Assembly (NCBI GenBank): GCA_963843845.1 | Contig: CAWJMB010000002.1 | Span: forward strand, 3,136,001-3,200,000 | Reading direction: 5' to 3' | Length of the DNA stretch: 64,000 nucleotides | Source: an uncultured Gemmatimonadaceae bacterium | GTDB lineage: Bacteria > Gemmatimonadota > Gemmatimonadetes > Gemmatimonadales > Gemmatimonadaceae | Part shown: positions 1 through 9,716 of the stretch, in pieces | How the letters are laid out: each line of letters opens with the position of its first letter | How positions within the stretch are numbered: position 1 is the stretch's first letter | Notes under the pieces: model-generated | Database searches by the model: none | What the model was told of the DNA's origin: nothing | Seen by the model: only the letters and a program-made list of their open reading frames with translations | Translations under genes and position numbers: made by a program

Positions 1-62
1 TGCCGCACGAACTGAAAGACCTTCGGCTGGTTCGACAGGTAGAGCAGCGTGCTGCGGAGCAT
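1..62 (-). CDS. 5' fragment of a gene running off the window, probably proline dehydrogenase
   Basis: ATG at 62 reads MLRSTLLYLSNQPKVFQFVR, resembling N-termini of monofunctional ProDH; only 20 codons are visible. Confidence 0.45.
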   Translation of the reverse strand, partial: MLRSTLLYLSNQPKVFQFVR

Positions 63-130
63 GACGGATCGGTGGCCGGGAGCGGACGCAGGGGCAGCCG
101 AAGAATATAGCCGCCGACACGGCCGCGCCC

Positions 131-196
131 TCCTACTACATCGGTAGTTGACACGCGCCGGCGGCGCCCGCACTGTGTACTACCACCGTAGTAGGA
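131..196. promoter_or_regulatory. Two BlaI-type operators overlapping a TTGACA -35 box
   Basis: TACTAC-atcg-GTAGTT at 134-149 and TACTAC-cacc-GTAGTA at 178-193; TTGACA at 148-153; directly upstream of blaI. Confidence 0.75.
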
Positions 197-203
197 AAAA
201 GTC

Positions 204-617
204 ATGAGCGACCGATCGTTAGGTGCGCGCGAGCTCGACGTGATGGGCGTGCTGTGGGCGCACGGCTCCGGGACGGTAACCGAGGTACGCGACCGGCTCC
301 CGGCCGACCTCGCGTACACGACCGTGCTCACGGTCCTGCGCAATCTCGAAGCGAAGGGATTCGTGCGCCACGAGAGCGAGGGGAAGGCGCACCGCTACCT
401 GCCGACCGTGGCGCACGCTGCCGCCCGCCGCAGCGCACTCGCGCGGCTCGTCGACAACCTGTTCCAGGGCTCCCCCGAGCTGCTCGTCGCCGAGCTCGTA
501 CGCGACCGCGCGCTTGACGCCGACGAGGTCGCCCGACTCGCGCGCCAGCTCCGCGAGCCGCCGGTCGACGAGCCCACGCCGCCCAGGACGTCGCGCGGTA
601 CGCGGGGGTCGCCGTGA
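204..617 (+). CDS. blaI: BlaI/MecI/CopY family transcriptional repressor
   Basis: LGARELDVMGVLW, LAYTTVLTVLRNLEAKG winged helix; coupled to an M56 gene. Confidence 0.93.
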   Translation: MSDRSLGARELDVMGVLWAHGSGTVTEVRDRLPADLAYTTVLTVLRNLEAKGFVRHESEGKAHRYLPTVAHAAARRSALARLVDNLFQGSPELLVAELVRDRALDADEVARLARQLREPPVDEPTPPRTSRGTRGSP

Positions 618-2365
618 TCGCGCTCGCCATGCTCGCCGCGACGTGCATCGCGCTCTCGGTCGGCGTCGCCGCCGCCGCGGCCGAACGCGTGCTCCGTCTC
701 TGGCGACGGCCGGCGCGCGACGTGTGGACGGCGGCGATGGTCACGACGCTCGCGCTCCCGGCCGCCGCGACGATCCTTCCACGACTTCCGTTCGCCACCG
801 AGATGGCGACCGTGGTCGCGACGGTGCTGGCCGGTGCGCTCGGCCGCCCGACGACGGTCGGTGCGCGATTCTCGCCACGGCCGTACGAGCTGCAGCCGGT
901 CGTCGTGCGCGCGACCGACGCGCCGCTCGTGAGCGCGGCGACGCTCGACGCGCTCGCGCGGCTCGACCGGCCGCTCGCGATCGTCTGGGCCGCGCTCTCG
1001 CTCGTCGTGCTGGCCGGCATCGCGCGCGGCGTGCGTCAGCTGCAACGACGGCGCGCCACGTGGACGGCGGCGCGCGTCGACGGCGTGCGCGTGCTCGTCG
1101 CGGACGACGTCGGGCCGGCCGTCGTCGGGCTCCGCGCTCCGGCCATCGTGCTGCCGCGCTGGGCGCTCGCGCTCGAGACGCCGCTCCGCGCGCTCGTCGT
1201 GCGCCACGAGTCGGAGCACGTGCGCGCCGGGGACCCGCGCCGCCTCGCGCTCGGCGCCGTCGCCGTCGCGCTCGTGCCGTGGAACGTCGCGCTCTGGTGG
1301 CAGCTCCGCCGCCTCCGCGTCGCGCTCGAGATCGACTGCGACGCGCGCGTCCTCGGCGCACTCGCCGAGCGCGGCGCCGACGGCGCCTCACCGGCGGACG
1401 TGTCGCGCTACGGGCTGCTGCTCCTCGCGGTCGCGCAGCGCCCGTCGACGTCGCTCGGCCACCTCGCGGGCGCGCCGGCGCTCGCCGAATCCCGCTCGGA
1501 CCTCAGCCGGAGGATCGACGCCATGCGCACTCCACTTCCTCGTCGCCGCGGACTGCGCGCGGCGTTCGGCACCTGCGTCGCCGCGGCGGCGTTAGGCACC
1601 ACGTTCGCCGCGTGCACCGAGACGCGCGACGCGATCAGCCCCGACCGCGTCGCGGCGGCGCGCGCGCGCGACTCGGCCGCGGCGGTCGCGACGACGCTCG
1701 ACCGGCGCGCGGCGGCGCGGACGTGGACCGACTCGCTCCGCATCGAGATCGACGGCGCCGTCACGCAGGGCGACTCGTTCCGTGTCGGGATGGCGGCCGT
1801 GCGGCGCGCGCTCGCGCACCAGGCCGACTCGGTGCCGCCCGTGCGGCTGCCGTTCGAGCTCGACGCGTCGGGAGGACGCGGGAGCAGGATCGGTCCGGCG
1901 TCCGGCCCCGCGACGCTTCCCGGCGTGAAGGCCGCGCTCGTGCAGTTCCGCGAGCGCCAGGCCGCACTCGATGCACGCCACCCCGAACTCGAGACGGCTA
2001 CGACTGCATACATCCGCGACCGCGCGCGCGCCAACTCGCCGCCGAAGGTCGTCGACGCCAACGCGCCCCTCTTCGAGTACCAGGTGGAGTCGGCCGCGCG
2101 CCCCGCGCGCGGCAGCGCCTTCCCGCGCTACCCGGAGATGCTGAAGGCGGCCCGCGTCGAGGGAACGGTCGACGCGCAATTCGTCGTCGACCAGAACGGG
2201 CGCGTCGACATGAGCACGTTCAGGGTGTCCAGGAGCGACCACGCGCTGTTCATGCAGGCCGTGCGCGCGGCGCTCGAGACCATGCGGTTCGAGCCGGCGA
2301 CGGTCGGTGGACGGCCGGTGCGACAGCTGATCCAGCAGCCGTTCCAGTTCTCGCTGTCGAGATGA
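614..2365 (+). CDS. BlaR1/M56 metallopeptidase sensor with C-terminal TonB_C-like domain
   Basis: TM helices, GPAVVG, HESEH zinc motif, EIDCD; C-terminal PRYPEMLKAARVEGTV...FEPATVGGRPV. Confidence 0.9.
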   Translation: MIALAMLAATCIALSVGVAAAAAERVLRLWRRPARDVWTAAMVTTLALPAAATILPRLPFATEMATVVATVLAGALGRPTTVGARFSPRPYELQPVVVRATDAPLVSAATLDALARLDRPLAIVWAALSLVVLAGIARGVRQLQRRRATWTAARVDGVRVLVADDVGPAVVGLRAPAIVLPRWALALETPLRALVVRHESEHVRAGDPRRLALGAVAVALVPWNVALWWQLRRLRVALEIDCDARVLGALAERGADGASPADVSRYGLLLLAVAQRPSTSLGHLAGAPALAESRSDLSRRIDAMRTPLPRRRGLRAAFGTCVAAAALGTTFAACTETRDAISPDRVAAARARDSAAAVATTLDRRAAARTWTDSLRIEIDGAVTQGDSFRVGMAAVRRALAHQADSVPPVRLPFELDASGGRGSRIGPASGPATLPGVKAALVQFRERQAALDARHPELETATTAYIRDRARANSPPKVVDANAPLFEYQVESAARPARGSAFPRYPEMLKAARVEGTVDAQFVVDQNGRVDMSTFRVSRSDHALFMQAVRAALETMRFEPATVGGRPVRQLIQQPFQFSLSR

Positions 2366-2414
2366 TGGGGCGCGCTCCGCTCCGCCGTCGCGCCGTGGTC
2401 CGATCGTGATCGAA

Positions 2415-2678
2415 GGGCGGTCGAACGGCGGTGGAACCGCCGTCGAACTACGGCGGTACGGCGGCTGAACGGCGGCTGAACGGCGGTGATGCGGTGTGAC
2501 TCACGGCGGACGAGGAACGGCGGTACCTGCGCGCTGTCAGCTATCAGCCGCAGGTACCGCCGTTCCTCGTCCGGTGTGAGACTCCGTATCACCGCCGTCC
2601 CACCGCCGTCCCACCGCCGTCCCACCGCCGTATCACCGCCGTCCCACCGCCGTATCACCGCCGTCCCACCGCCGTCCC
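2415..2678. repeat. Long REP-like hairpin with 11-bp tandem units between convergent genes
   Basis: Perfect 25-bp inverted repeat at 2507-2531/2549-2573; 8 tandem ACCGCCGT(CCC/ATC) at 2591-2678; complementary ACGGCGG units on the left arm. Confidence 0.85.
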
Positions 2679-2695
2679 ATCGCGCAGGCGAGCCG

Positions 2696-4399
2696 TCACG
2701 GCACCGCCGTCCGCCGTCCGTTCGGCACCGCCGTCACCCGCACGATCGGAAACTCGCTCCCGGCCGTCATCCCGCGCCCGACGACCCCCCAATTCGCGAG
2801 CCCATCGTCGCTCTGCGGCTCGAGCAGGAGGAGCGCCACGAGCGCGAGCGGCTGGTTCGCCGGGACGAAGTAGCCGCCCGATGCCAGCTGCCGCGGCGTG
2901 CTCCGCCACCGCCCCTCCAGCCGCACTTCGTTGTGCCCCTGGAACGGCCGCGGCGCGACGATCACCGAGTCCGCGACGAACAGCTCCGCCTGCAACTGCG
3001 CCGCCGAGTCCGCGCGCTCGACGCGGACGCCGTGGGCACGCAGCACGGCGACGGCGCGGTCCTGCGTGCCGTCGAACGCCCACCCGCCTGCCGGCACCCT
3101 CTGCCGCAGCGTCGGTTCGAATCGATCGAACACCGGCATCGACTGCGTGAGGATCCGTCCCGTACGACGCAGGCCGCGCGGCACCCCCGCCTGTGTGACC
3201 TGCGTCGAGTCGGCGACGCGCTCCAGCACCTCGACCTTCACGGGCGCCGTGTAGGGCGTCGTCGTGAGGCGCGCCCGCAGCACGCCCTCGCGTGGCAGCT
3301 CACTCTGCCGGGTCCGCCCGACGATGCCGGGCCCCTGCTCCGCGACGAGCGACAGCAGCTCGCGCACGAACGCGTACGTCGACTCGACGCGGCGGTCGAA
3401 CGGGTCGTGTGAGAACGCCTCGCTCAGGATCGAGATCTTGCCACGCAGACCGTAGTAGTTCGTGCCGAAGCGCGGGTGCGAGTCGTAGGTCTCCCACCCG
3501 CCCTTGACCGAGTCGGTGAGCGCGCGCGCGCCGAACTCGCGCGTGAAGTTCCCGTACGGAAACGTCTCGACGTTGCGGCGCGTCCGCACGCGCCGCTCGA
3601 GTTCGGGCAGCAGCGTGTCCTGATTGAACGGGCGCAGCGGGGCGCCGGGGTGCAGCGACGGCGAGTAGGTCAGCGCGTAGCCGTGGTAGCTGCCGTCGGT
3701 CGTGTGCAGATCGACGAAGACGTCCGGATCCCAGCGCGTGAACGCTGCGAGCGCCGCGCGTGTCTCTGGCGCCTCGGCCTTGGTGTAGTCGCGGTTGAGG
3801 TCGAGCCCCTGCGCATTCGGCCGCTGGCCGACGAGGACCGGGCCGTTCTGCTCGCCACGGTTGATCGTCTGCGGCTGCACCTTCTCGTTGCCGTCCGCGT
3901 TGTAGATCGGCACCGCGAGCAGCACGAGCGAGTCGAGCACGTTGGGCCGCGGGTCGAGCGAGAGGTCGCGCAGCGCCATCATGAGCGCCTCTTTCCCCTC
4001 CACCTCGCCGGCGTGGATGTTCGCCTGGATGTAGACGATCGGCTTGCCGCTCGCCCGCGCCTCGTCCGGCGTGCGGATCACCGGCCGCGCCGCGATGATG
4101 AACGGCAGGTCCGCGCCTTCCGCCGATCGGCCGATCGTCTGCTCGGTGATCGGCGCGCCGAGCCGCGCCAGCGAGTCGAGGAAGGTGTAGACGTCGGTGA
4201 GGCGCGACGTCTCGAAGTACCTGGTGCGCTCGGCGCGCGTGAGCGGACGGGGCGCGTGGCGGCCGGCCTCTGCCGCGGCGCGCCCCTCGGCCATCGCTCG
4301 CGGCACGGCCTTCGGGTCGGCCTGCACTTGCAGACCCTTGCGACACGCGAGCGGCGCGGCGCACAGCGCGAGCGCGGGGAGGAGGCGAGAAACTCTCAT
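2696..4399 (-). CDS. M14 family zinc carboxypeptidase, probable lipoprotein
   Basis: NIHAGEVEGKE, DLNRD, DLHTT motifs; signal peptide with LAC lipobox from ATG 4399. Confidence 0.88.
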   Translation of the reverse strand: MRVSRLLPALALCAAPLACRKGLQVQADPKAVPRAMAEGRAAAEAGRHAPRPLTRAERTRYFETSRLTDVYTFLDSLARLGAPITEQTIGRSAEGADLPFIIAARPVIRTPDEARASGKPIVYIQANIHAGEVEGKEALMMALRDLSLDPRPNVLDSLVLLAVPIYNADGNEKVQPQTINRGEQNGPVLVGQRPNAQGLDLNRDYTKAEAPETRAALAAFTRWDPDVFVDLHTTDGSYHGYALTYSPSLHPGAPLRPFNQDTLLPELERRVRTRRNVETFPYGNFTREFGARALTDSVKGGWETYDSHPRFGTNYYGLRGKISILSEAFSHDPFDRRVESTYAFVRELLSLVAEQGPGIVGRTRQSELPREGVLRARLTTTPYTAPVKVEVLERVADSTQVTQAGVPRGLRRTGRILTQSMPVFDRFEPTLRQRVPAGGWAFDGTQDRAVAVLRAHGVRVERADSAAQLQAELFVADSVIVAPRPFQGHNEVRLEGRWRSTPRQLASGGYFVPANQPLALVALLLLEPQSDDGLANWGVVGRGMTAGSEFPIVRVTAVPNGRRTAVP

Positions 4400-4457
4400 G
4401 ACGGAAGGAGCCGGAGACGGGGAGCCAGCGGGTAGAAGGTAAACGCGGCGCGCGGTC

Positions 4458-5666
4458 TCACTGCACGACGAGCAATCCGACCTCGCCGCCGAATTCGTCG
4501 CGCACGACGGTGAGCCCCGGCGGCGCGACCCACCGACCACCATTCGCGCGCACGTTCACTCGATGCACGCCCGGCGGGATGACGACACGCAGCGACCACA
4601 CGTTCGCGCCGTCGGACGTCAGCGTCACCGGCAGCCAGTTCGTGAAATCCGCCATCAGCTCCACGGTCGACGCGCCGCTCAGCACCAGGCGAATCGCCCG
4701 CAGCTCGCTCGTCGTCGACTCGGTCTCGACGGTGAACGGACGAGCGACGGCACGCGATCGCGCCGCCCCGCCGAGTCCGTAGTCGCGCGTCAGTTCGGCC
4801 AGCCGGCGTGCGTCGGCCTCACGGGGCGCCTGCGTCGCCACCCGCAGCGCCGCCGAGGCGTAGCGTCCGCCGGGCAGCCCGCGCCACAGCTCCGCCGGAA
4901 AGACGCCGCCGCCGCCGACGACCGCGAGGTGCCTCGTCAGCCAGTACGCGGCGCCGAGCTCCGCCCAGTATGCGGCGCCGGCAGCGCGGTCGCCGTCGCG
5001 GTAGCCCGCGGTCGCCGAGAGCTGGGTCCCGTGGTTGTCGACGCGGCCGCTCGCGAGCACGTCGGTGTAGCGAAAGCCGCCGACGCGCGTCGGCATCGCC
5101 TGCACGCTCAGCGTCGCGGGCCCGGCGCGCGTCCAGCCGCCCGCATCGAGCTGAACGATGTCGTCGGGGAAGGAGAAGCCGCGGGCGACGGCGCCGACCC
5201 CCGTGCCCACCCACACTCCGCGCTCCGCGTTCGCGAGATGCAGTCGGCCGAGTGTGTAGAGATTCGTCGCCGCGTTGCTGAGGCGGCTGTAGTGCGTATT
5301 GGCCGCCGTCGCGAAGAACTCGCCGCGCAGCTTCCAGATCGTCGGCGACACGATCGACGCCGCGAGCGCAGCCTCGATGCTGTAGTTGCCGCTCTCGAAG
5401 CGGCTGAACGCACCGCGCGCGGCGACGGTCGCGCGCCCCCGCTCGATGCGCACGGCGGGGGTCACGTTCCCGACCGCCGCGCGCACGAACTCGTCGTACC
5501 GCACGCTCGCCCCGCCGACGTCGAGCGAGCCGACGATCTGCGTCTGCTGCTGCGCGCGGGCATTTTGCGCGCCGAGCGTTCCCGACAGGCCCGCGCCGAT
5601 CGTCGCCCACACTGTCGCGACGGGGCGCCGGACGCGACCCGCGACCTGCGGCGACCTCAGCGGCAA
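4458..5666 (-). CDS. Exported beta-strand-rich protein with C-terminal CBM48/glycogen-binding-like domain
   Basis: Amphipathic beta-strands then VELMADFTNWLPV...PPGVHRVNVRANGGRW...DEFGG; start uncertain. Confidence 0.7.
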   Translation of the reverse strand: MPLRSPQVAGRVRRPVATVWATIGAGLSGTLGAQNARAQQQTQIVGSLDVGGASVRYDEFVRAAVGNVTPAVRIERGRATVAARGAFSRFESGNYSIEAALAASIVSPTIWKLRGEFFATAANTHYSRLSNAATNLYTLGRLHLANAERGVWVGTGVGAVARGFSFPDDIVQLDAGGWTRAGPATLSVQAMPTRVGGFRYTDVLASGRVDNHGTQLSATAGYRDGDRAAGAAYWAELGAAYWLTRHLAVVGGGGVFPAELWRGLPGGRYASAALRVATQAPREADARRLAELTRDYGLGGAARSRAVARPFTVETESTTSELRAIRLVLSGASTVELMADFTNWLPVTLTSDGANVWSLRVVIPPGVHRVNVRANGGRWVAPPGLTVVRDEFGGEVGLLVVQ

Positions 5667-5803
5667 AATCCGGGAGCCGGCATCCTCGCAAGCTAGCGCC
5701 CGCTCCGCGCACGGGCGACGCCGCGTCCGCTCGAATCCGGGGTGACTGCGTGTCGAACGCGCGCGTCGAGCTACCAGAGCAGTCCGCGCCCGGCTCGAGC
5801 GTT

Positions 5804-5896
5804 CTCGACAGAAGGAACAGAAGGCACAGAAGACCTGCTCGGGCTCCCCCGTTCGTTCCCGCCGTGCCTTCCGTTCCTCCTGTTCCTTCTGTCGAG
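5804..5896. repeat. Intergenic inverted repeat with 9-bp periodic arm
   Basis: CTCGACAGAAGGAACAG (5804-5820) and CTGTTCCTTCTGTCGAG (5880-5896). Confidence 0.75.
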
Positions 5897-5925
5897 CGCT
5901 ACAGCAAACGAATCCGCGACCTGCT

Positions 5926-6648
5926 CTAGGGTCGCAGCTTCGGCGCGGGAATCACCTTGCCGTCCGCGCCGACCGACGACGGCGTACCGACCGTCGAGAT
6001 GCTGAGCGACAGCGCGTCCGCCCGGAGCGAGGCCGCAGCCGCCGGTGATGCGCCGAGCCCGACGTCCCGCTCGACCGCCTGACGGAATGCGACGAGCTGC
6101 CCATCCGCTGCGCCGAGCCTGGTCAGCTCGAGCACGCTCCGCGTCGCCGACGACACCGGAACGCCCCGCGCGATGAGATCGGACAGCACGCCGAGTGCGA
6201 CCGAGAGCGTCTGGCCCGGGCGTTCCTGACGAAGCCTGGCGAGCGCCTTCGCGTCGACCCCCACGCGGAGTGCCGCCGCGCCTGCCGTGAGCTCTCCCGG
6301 CACCGACCGCGCGCCGAGCGACTGACTGGCGCGCGACAGGTCGACGGCGAGCGTGCGCACCGCCGGGGCGATGACGTCGCTCGACGGACCGCGCTTGCTC
6401 GCCCCCTCCAGCGCCTTGTCGATCAGCGGTTCTGCGGGAATGCCGCGCGCCACGGCGGAATCGACGACGCGCTCGACGTCGGCGCGAACACGAGCGTCGA
6501 GGCGACCGTCGAGACGGGCGCGGATCGACGCCGAGGCCGGCTGGGTCGCAGGCTGCTGCGCCCCGAGCACCGGCGTGCCGAGCGGCGTGAGACCGAACAG
6601 AGCGAGCAGCGACGCGGCGAGCTGCGCGCTGCGGCGAGAGCGAATCAT
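5926..6648 (-). CDS. Secreted alpha-helical hypothetical protein
   Basis: ATG 6648 overlaps the upstream stop (ATGA); signal peptide; GIPAEPLIDKALEGASK. Confidence 0.7.
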   Translation of the reverse strand: MIRSRRSAQLAASLLALFGLTPLGTPVLGAQQPATQPASASIRARLDGRLDARVRADVERVVDSAVARGIPAEPLIDKALEGASKRGPSSDVIAPAVRTLAVDLSRASQSLGARSVPGELTAGAAALRVGVDAKALARLRQERPGQTLSVALGVLSDLIARGVPVSSATRSVLELTRLGAADGQLVAFRQAVERDVGLGASPAAAASLRADALSLSISTVGTPSSVGADGKVIPAPKLRP

Positions 6649-7337
6649 GAGCGACGTGCCTCCACGGTCACCACCGAGCTCGGCTGCCCGAAATCGTCGT
6701 CCGCGGCGCGCGCGGCGTTGGGGTCGGCCACCCACTCCGTTCCGTCGACGAGGAACGAGTACTTGTGCGTGCCGGCAGGGAGCGGCACATCGACCGTCCA
6801 CAGCCCGTCGCCGTTCGCGACGCGCCGCAGCGGAGTGCGCCCGTGGTCCCAGTCGTTGAAGTCGCCGACGAGCGACACGTGACGCGCGTCGCGCGCGACG
6901 AGCACGAACTTCGTGACGTAGACCGTGTCGGTCGTGCGCGTCGGCGCTTCGCGCATGGTGTCCGTTCCCTTGACGACCGGGAACTCGTCGGTCGCCGCGT
7001 AGCGATCGGCGGGCGTCTCCCCGCGCGTCGCGTTGCCGCCACGCAGTCCGATCAGCGCCGCGATGAGCGCGACCGCCGCCGCCGCCATCGCGCCGAGCGG
7101 CGACACCGACACGCGGAGCGAGCGAGGGCGCACGAGCCACTGCCACCCCCCGCGCCGCGCCGGCCGAGGGGCAACGGCGCGCCCCGAGGCCGGCGCGGCC
7201 ATGAGCGGCGCGGCGCGGATCGTCCTCATCACGGCATGGTCGACTTCGACTCCGAGATCGACCGGCTGGCGAAGCGCGAGCGCGATGCGCTCGATCTCCG
7301 GACCGATCTCGTCGTCGAGAATCCCTGCGTCACGCAC
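6645..7337 (-). CDS. Single-pass membrane protein with CBM48/isoamylase early-set domain, putative anti-sigma factor
   Basis: TM segment LGAMAAAAVALIAALIGL, then VSLVGDFNDW...YSFLVDGTEWVADP; overlaps the sigma gene. Confidence 0.8.
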   Translation of the reverse strand: MRDAGILDDEIGPEIERIALALRQPVDLGVEVDHAVMRTIRAAPLMAAPASGRAVAPRPARRGGWQWLVRPRSLRVSVSPLGAMAAAAVALIAALIGLRGGNATRGETPADRYAATDEFPVVKGTDTMREAPTRTTDTVYVTKFVLVARDARHVSLVGDFNDWDHGRTPLRRVANGDGLWTVDVPLPAGTHKYSFLVDGTEWVADPNAARAADDDFGQPSSVVTVEARRS

Positions 7338-7878
7338 TGTAAGCCTCCTGAAGGAGTCCGCGCAGCCGGTCGCAGGCCCGCTTGACTCGCATTTTCAATG
7401 CAGACACGCCGACGTTGGTCATGTCCGCCATCTCTTCGTAGCTCAGCCCTTCGACGTGCTTGAGGAGGAACGCTTCGCGCTGGTCCGGGTCGATCTGCGC
7501 GAGGGCGCGCTCGATCTCTTCTCGCCAGGCACTCTGCTCCGCCGGATGCGGCTCGGCGGCCGAACGGGTCGCGACTTCGTCGGAGATGAACGTCCGCCCC
7601 CGGCGCGTCGAGCGCGCGCCCGCCGTGCGGCACCGGTTCACGAGGATGCTGAACAGCCACGACCCGAACCGCTCCGGGTCGTCGCATCGCCCGATCGCCC
7701 GGTATGCCCGGATGAACGCGTCCTGCAACGCTTCCTGTGCGTCCTCGCGATTCCCGAGCATCCGCACCGCGTACCGCGACAGCCGCGGCCGGTAGCGTTC
7801 GACGAGTATCGCGTAGGCCTCGACGTCTCCACCCAACACCTGGGCGACGATCGTCGCGTCCGTCATTTCCACAGCCAA
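7330..7878 (-). CDS. ECF sigma-70 factor
   Basis: DAQEALQDAFIRAY, FGSWLFSILVNRCR, EGLSYEEMADM...ALKMRVKRA. Confidence 0.93.
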   Translation of the reverse strand: MAVEMTDATIVAQVLGGDVEAYAILVERYRPRLSRYAVRMLGNREDAQEALQDAFIRAYRAIGRCDDPERFGSWLFSILVNRCRTAGARSTRRGRTFISDEVATRSAAEPHPAEQSAWREEIERALAQIDPDQREAFLLKHVEGLSYEEMADMTNVGVSALKMRVKRACDRLRGLLQEAYSA

Positions 7879-8052
7879 GAGACCCTCATCCCATGCGGCT
7901 CGTCACTGTCGCGCGAAGTCGGCAGCGCGTCCACGCGACCGACCCGATGAGGATACCCCGCTATGGGACAATCGTCATGTGGCGTGCCGTTGCCTCGCGA
8001 CCGTCGTCTCTCGTCCGACGTCTCGGCGCGCCCGAGGGATTAGACTGGGCGC

Positions 8053-8968
8053 GTGCCCGACACTCCTCGCCCACCGCGCGCGCACGTCCTCGCCGCGTTC
8101 GCCGCCGTCTACGTCGCCTGGGGCGCGACCTACCTCGCGATCCGCTACGCGATCGACACGATCCCGCCGTTCGTCATGGGCGGGACGCGGTTCCTCGTCG
8201 CCGGCGCGCTGCTCTACGGCTGGTGTCGCTGGCGCGGGGCGCCGCCGCCGACGCGCCGCGAGTGGGTGTGGGCGGCGTTCGTCGGCGTCCTCATGCTCGG
8301 CCTCGGCAACGGCGGCGTCGGGTGGGCGGAGACGCGTGTGCCGTCGGGGATCACGGCGCTCATCGTCGCGAGCGTCGCCCTGTGGATCGTGGTGGCCGAC
8401 TGGGCGCGTCCCGGCGGACGGCGGCCGCCGCCGCTCGTCGCTCGCCGGCGTGCTCGTCGGACTCGGCGGCGTCGCCCTCCTCGTCGGTCCGTCGGGGGGC
8501 GGCGAGCGGATCGACGTGGTCGGCGCGCTCGTGCTCACCCTCTCGGCGCTGGCGTGGGCGATCGGCTCGCTCTTCTCGCGCAACGCCCCGATGCCGCGAC
8601 CGACGCTCCTCGGCGCCGCGGTGCAGATGCTGGCCGGGGGCACAGCGCAGTTCGCGGCCGGGATCGCGACCGGACAGCTCGCGGCATTCGCTCCGGGCGA
8701 CGTGAGCACGCAGTCGCTCGTCGCGTTCGCGTACCTCGTCGTCGGCGGCGCGCTCGTCGGCTACACGGCGTACATCTGGCTCGTGGAGCACGTCCCGCCG
8801 GTGCAGGCGACGACGTACGCCTACGTCAACCCGATCGTCGCCGTGCTGCTCGGCTGGGCGGTGGCCGGCGAGCAGCTCGGCGGGCGTGTGCTCGTCGCGA
8901 TGGCGGTGATCGTCGGGGCAGTGGCGCTCGTCACGGTCGGCCAGCACGGCAACGATCCGTCATCCTGA
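8053..8968 (+). CDS. EamA/DMT transporter (YedA-like), frameshifted near 8440
   Basis: VYVAWGATYLAIR in one frame and YAYVNPIVAVLLG in another. Confidence 0.85.
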
Positions 8969-9004
8969 GCGCCCGGCGCAGGATGACGGATCGGATCGGA
9001 CCCG

Positions 9005-9688
9005 TCAGGCCGCTCGGCGCCGGCGCGTCGCCACGCCGACGAGCGCGAGGCCACCGCCGACGAGCAGCACCGTGGCCGGCTCGGGCACCGCGCTGATCGC
9101 GCTCGCCGAGAACGTCGCCTCGAACGCGAGGTCGACGTCGGTCCCGAACACCGGCGAGAGCGGCTGGAGTCCGCCGCCGAAGTCGCCCACGGCTTCCCCG
9201 GTCGCAGAGGCGTTGCCGGTCGCCTGTGTCAGCGCATTCGTGCCGGCGGCGAAGAGACCGCTCGTCGCGTTCACCGAGAGGAACGCGACGTACGTCCGCG
9301 ACGGGTCGAGGGCGAGATCGAGCGGCGAACCCGACGTCGGGTACTGTACGCGGACGCCCCCCGTGGCCATGACGCTGGTGCCCTGGATGTTGCCGCTCGT
9401 GAAGAGCACGGGGCCGATCGCGCCGCCGGTGAAGTCGGCGATCGACGCGCGGTAGAGCAGCGACGAGCCGGTGCCGGCGTCGTCGCGGAGGAAGAACGCG
9501 AACGACTGCAGGAAGCCGTTCAGCGGCACGAACGTCTGCCCGATCGACGTGAAGGTCAGGAGTGCCGGGTCCTGTCCGAACGGTCCGATCTCCGCCCCGC
9601 CCGCATCGGGCGCGATCGTGAGCGTCTGCGCGGTGAGCGACGAGGCGGCGAAGAGTGCGGCTGCTGCGGCGGAGAGGAGCTTTCGCAT
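9005..9688 (-). CDS. PEP-CTERM sorting domain protein
   Basis: Signal peptide; C-terminal VPEPATVLLVGGGLALVGVATRRRR. Confidence 0.92.
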   Translation of the reverse strand: MRKLLSAAAAALFAASSLTAQTLTIAPDAGGAEIGPFGQDPALLTFTSIGQTFVPLNGFLQSFAFFLRDDAGTGSSLLYRASIADFTGGAIGPVLFTSGNIQGTSVMATGGVRVQYPTSGSPLDLALDPSRTYVAFLSVNATSGLFAAGTNALTQATGNASATGEAVGDFGGGLQPLSPVFGTDVDLAFEATFSASAISAVPEPATVLLVGGGLALVGVATRRRRAA

Positions 9689-9716
9689 GAGGAATGTGCG
9701 TGGTGGGCGCCGGTGC

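Noticed and set aside
2591..2678. Possible CRISPR array
   Set aside because: Units are 11 bp and contiguous, with no spacers and no cas genes
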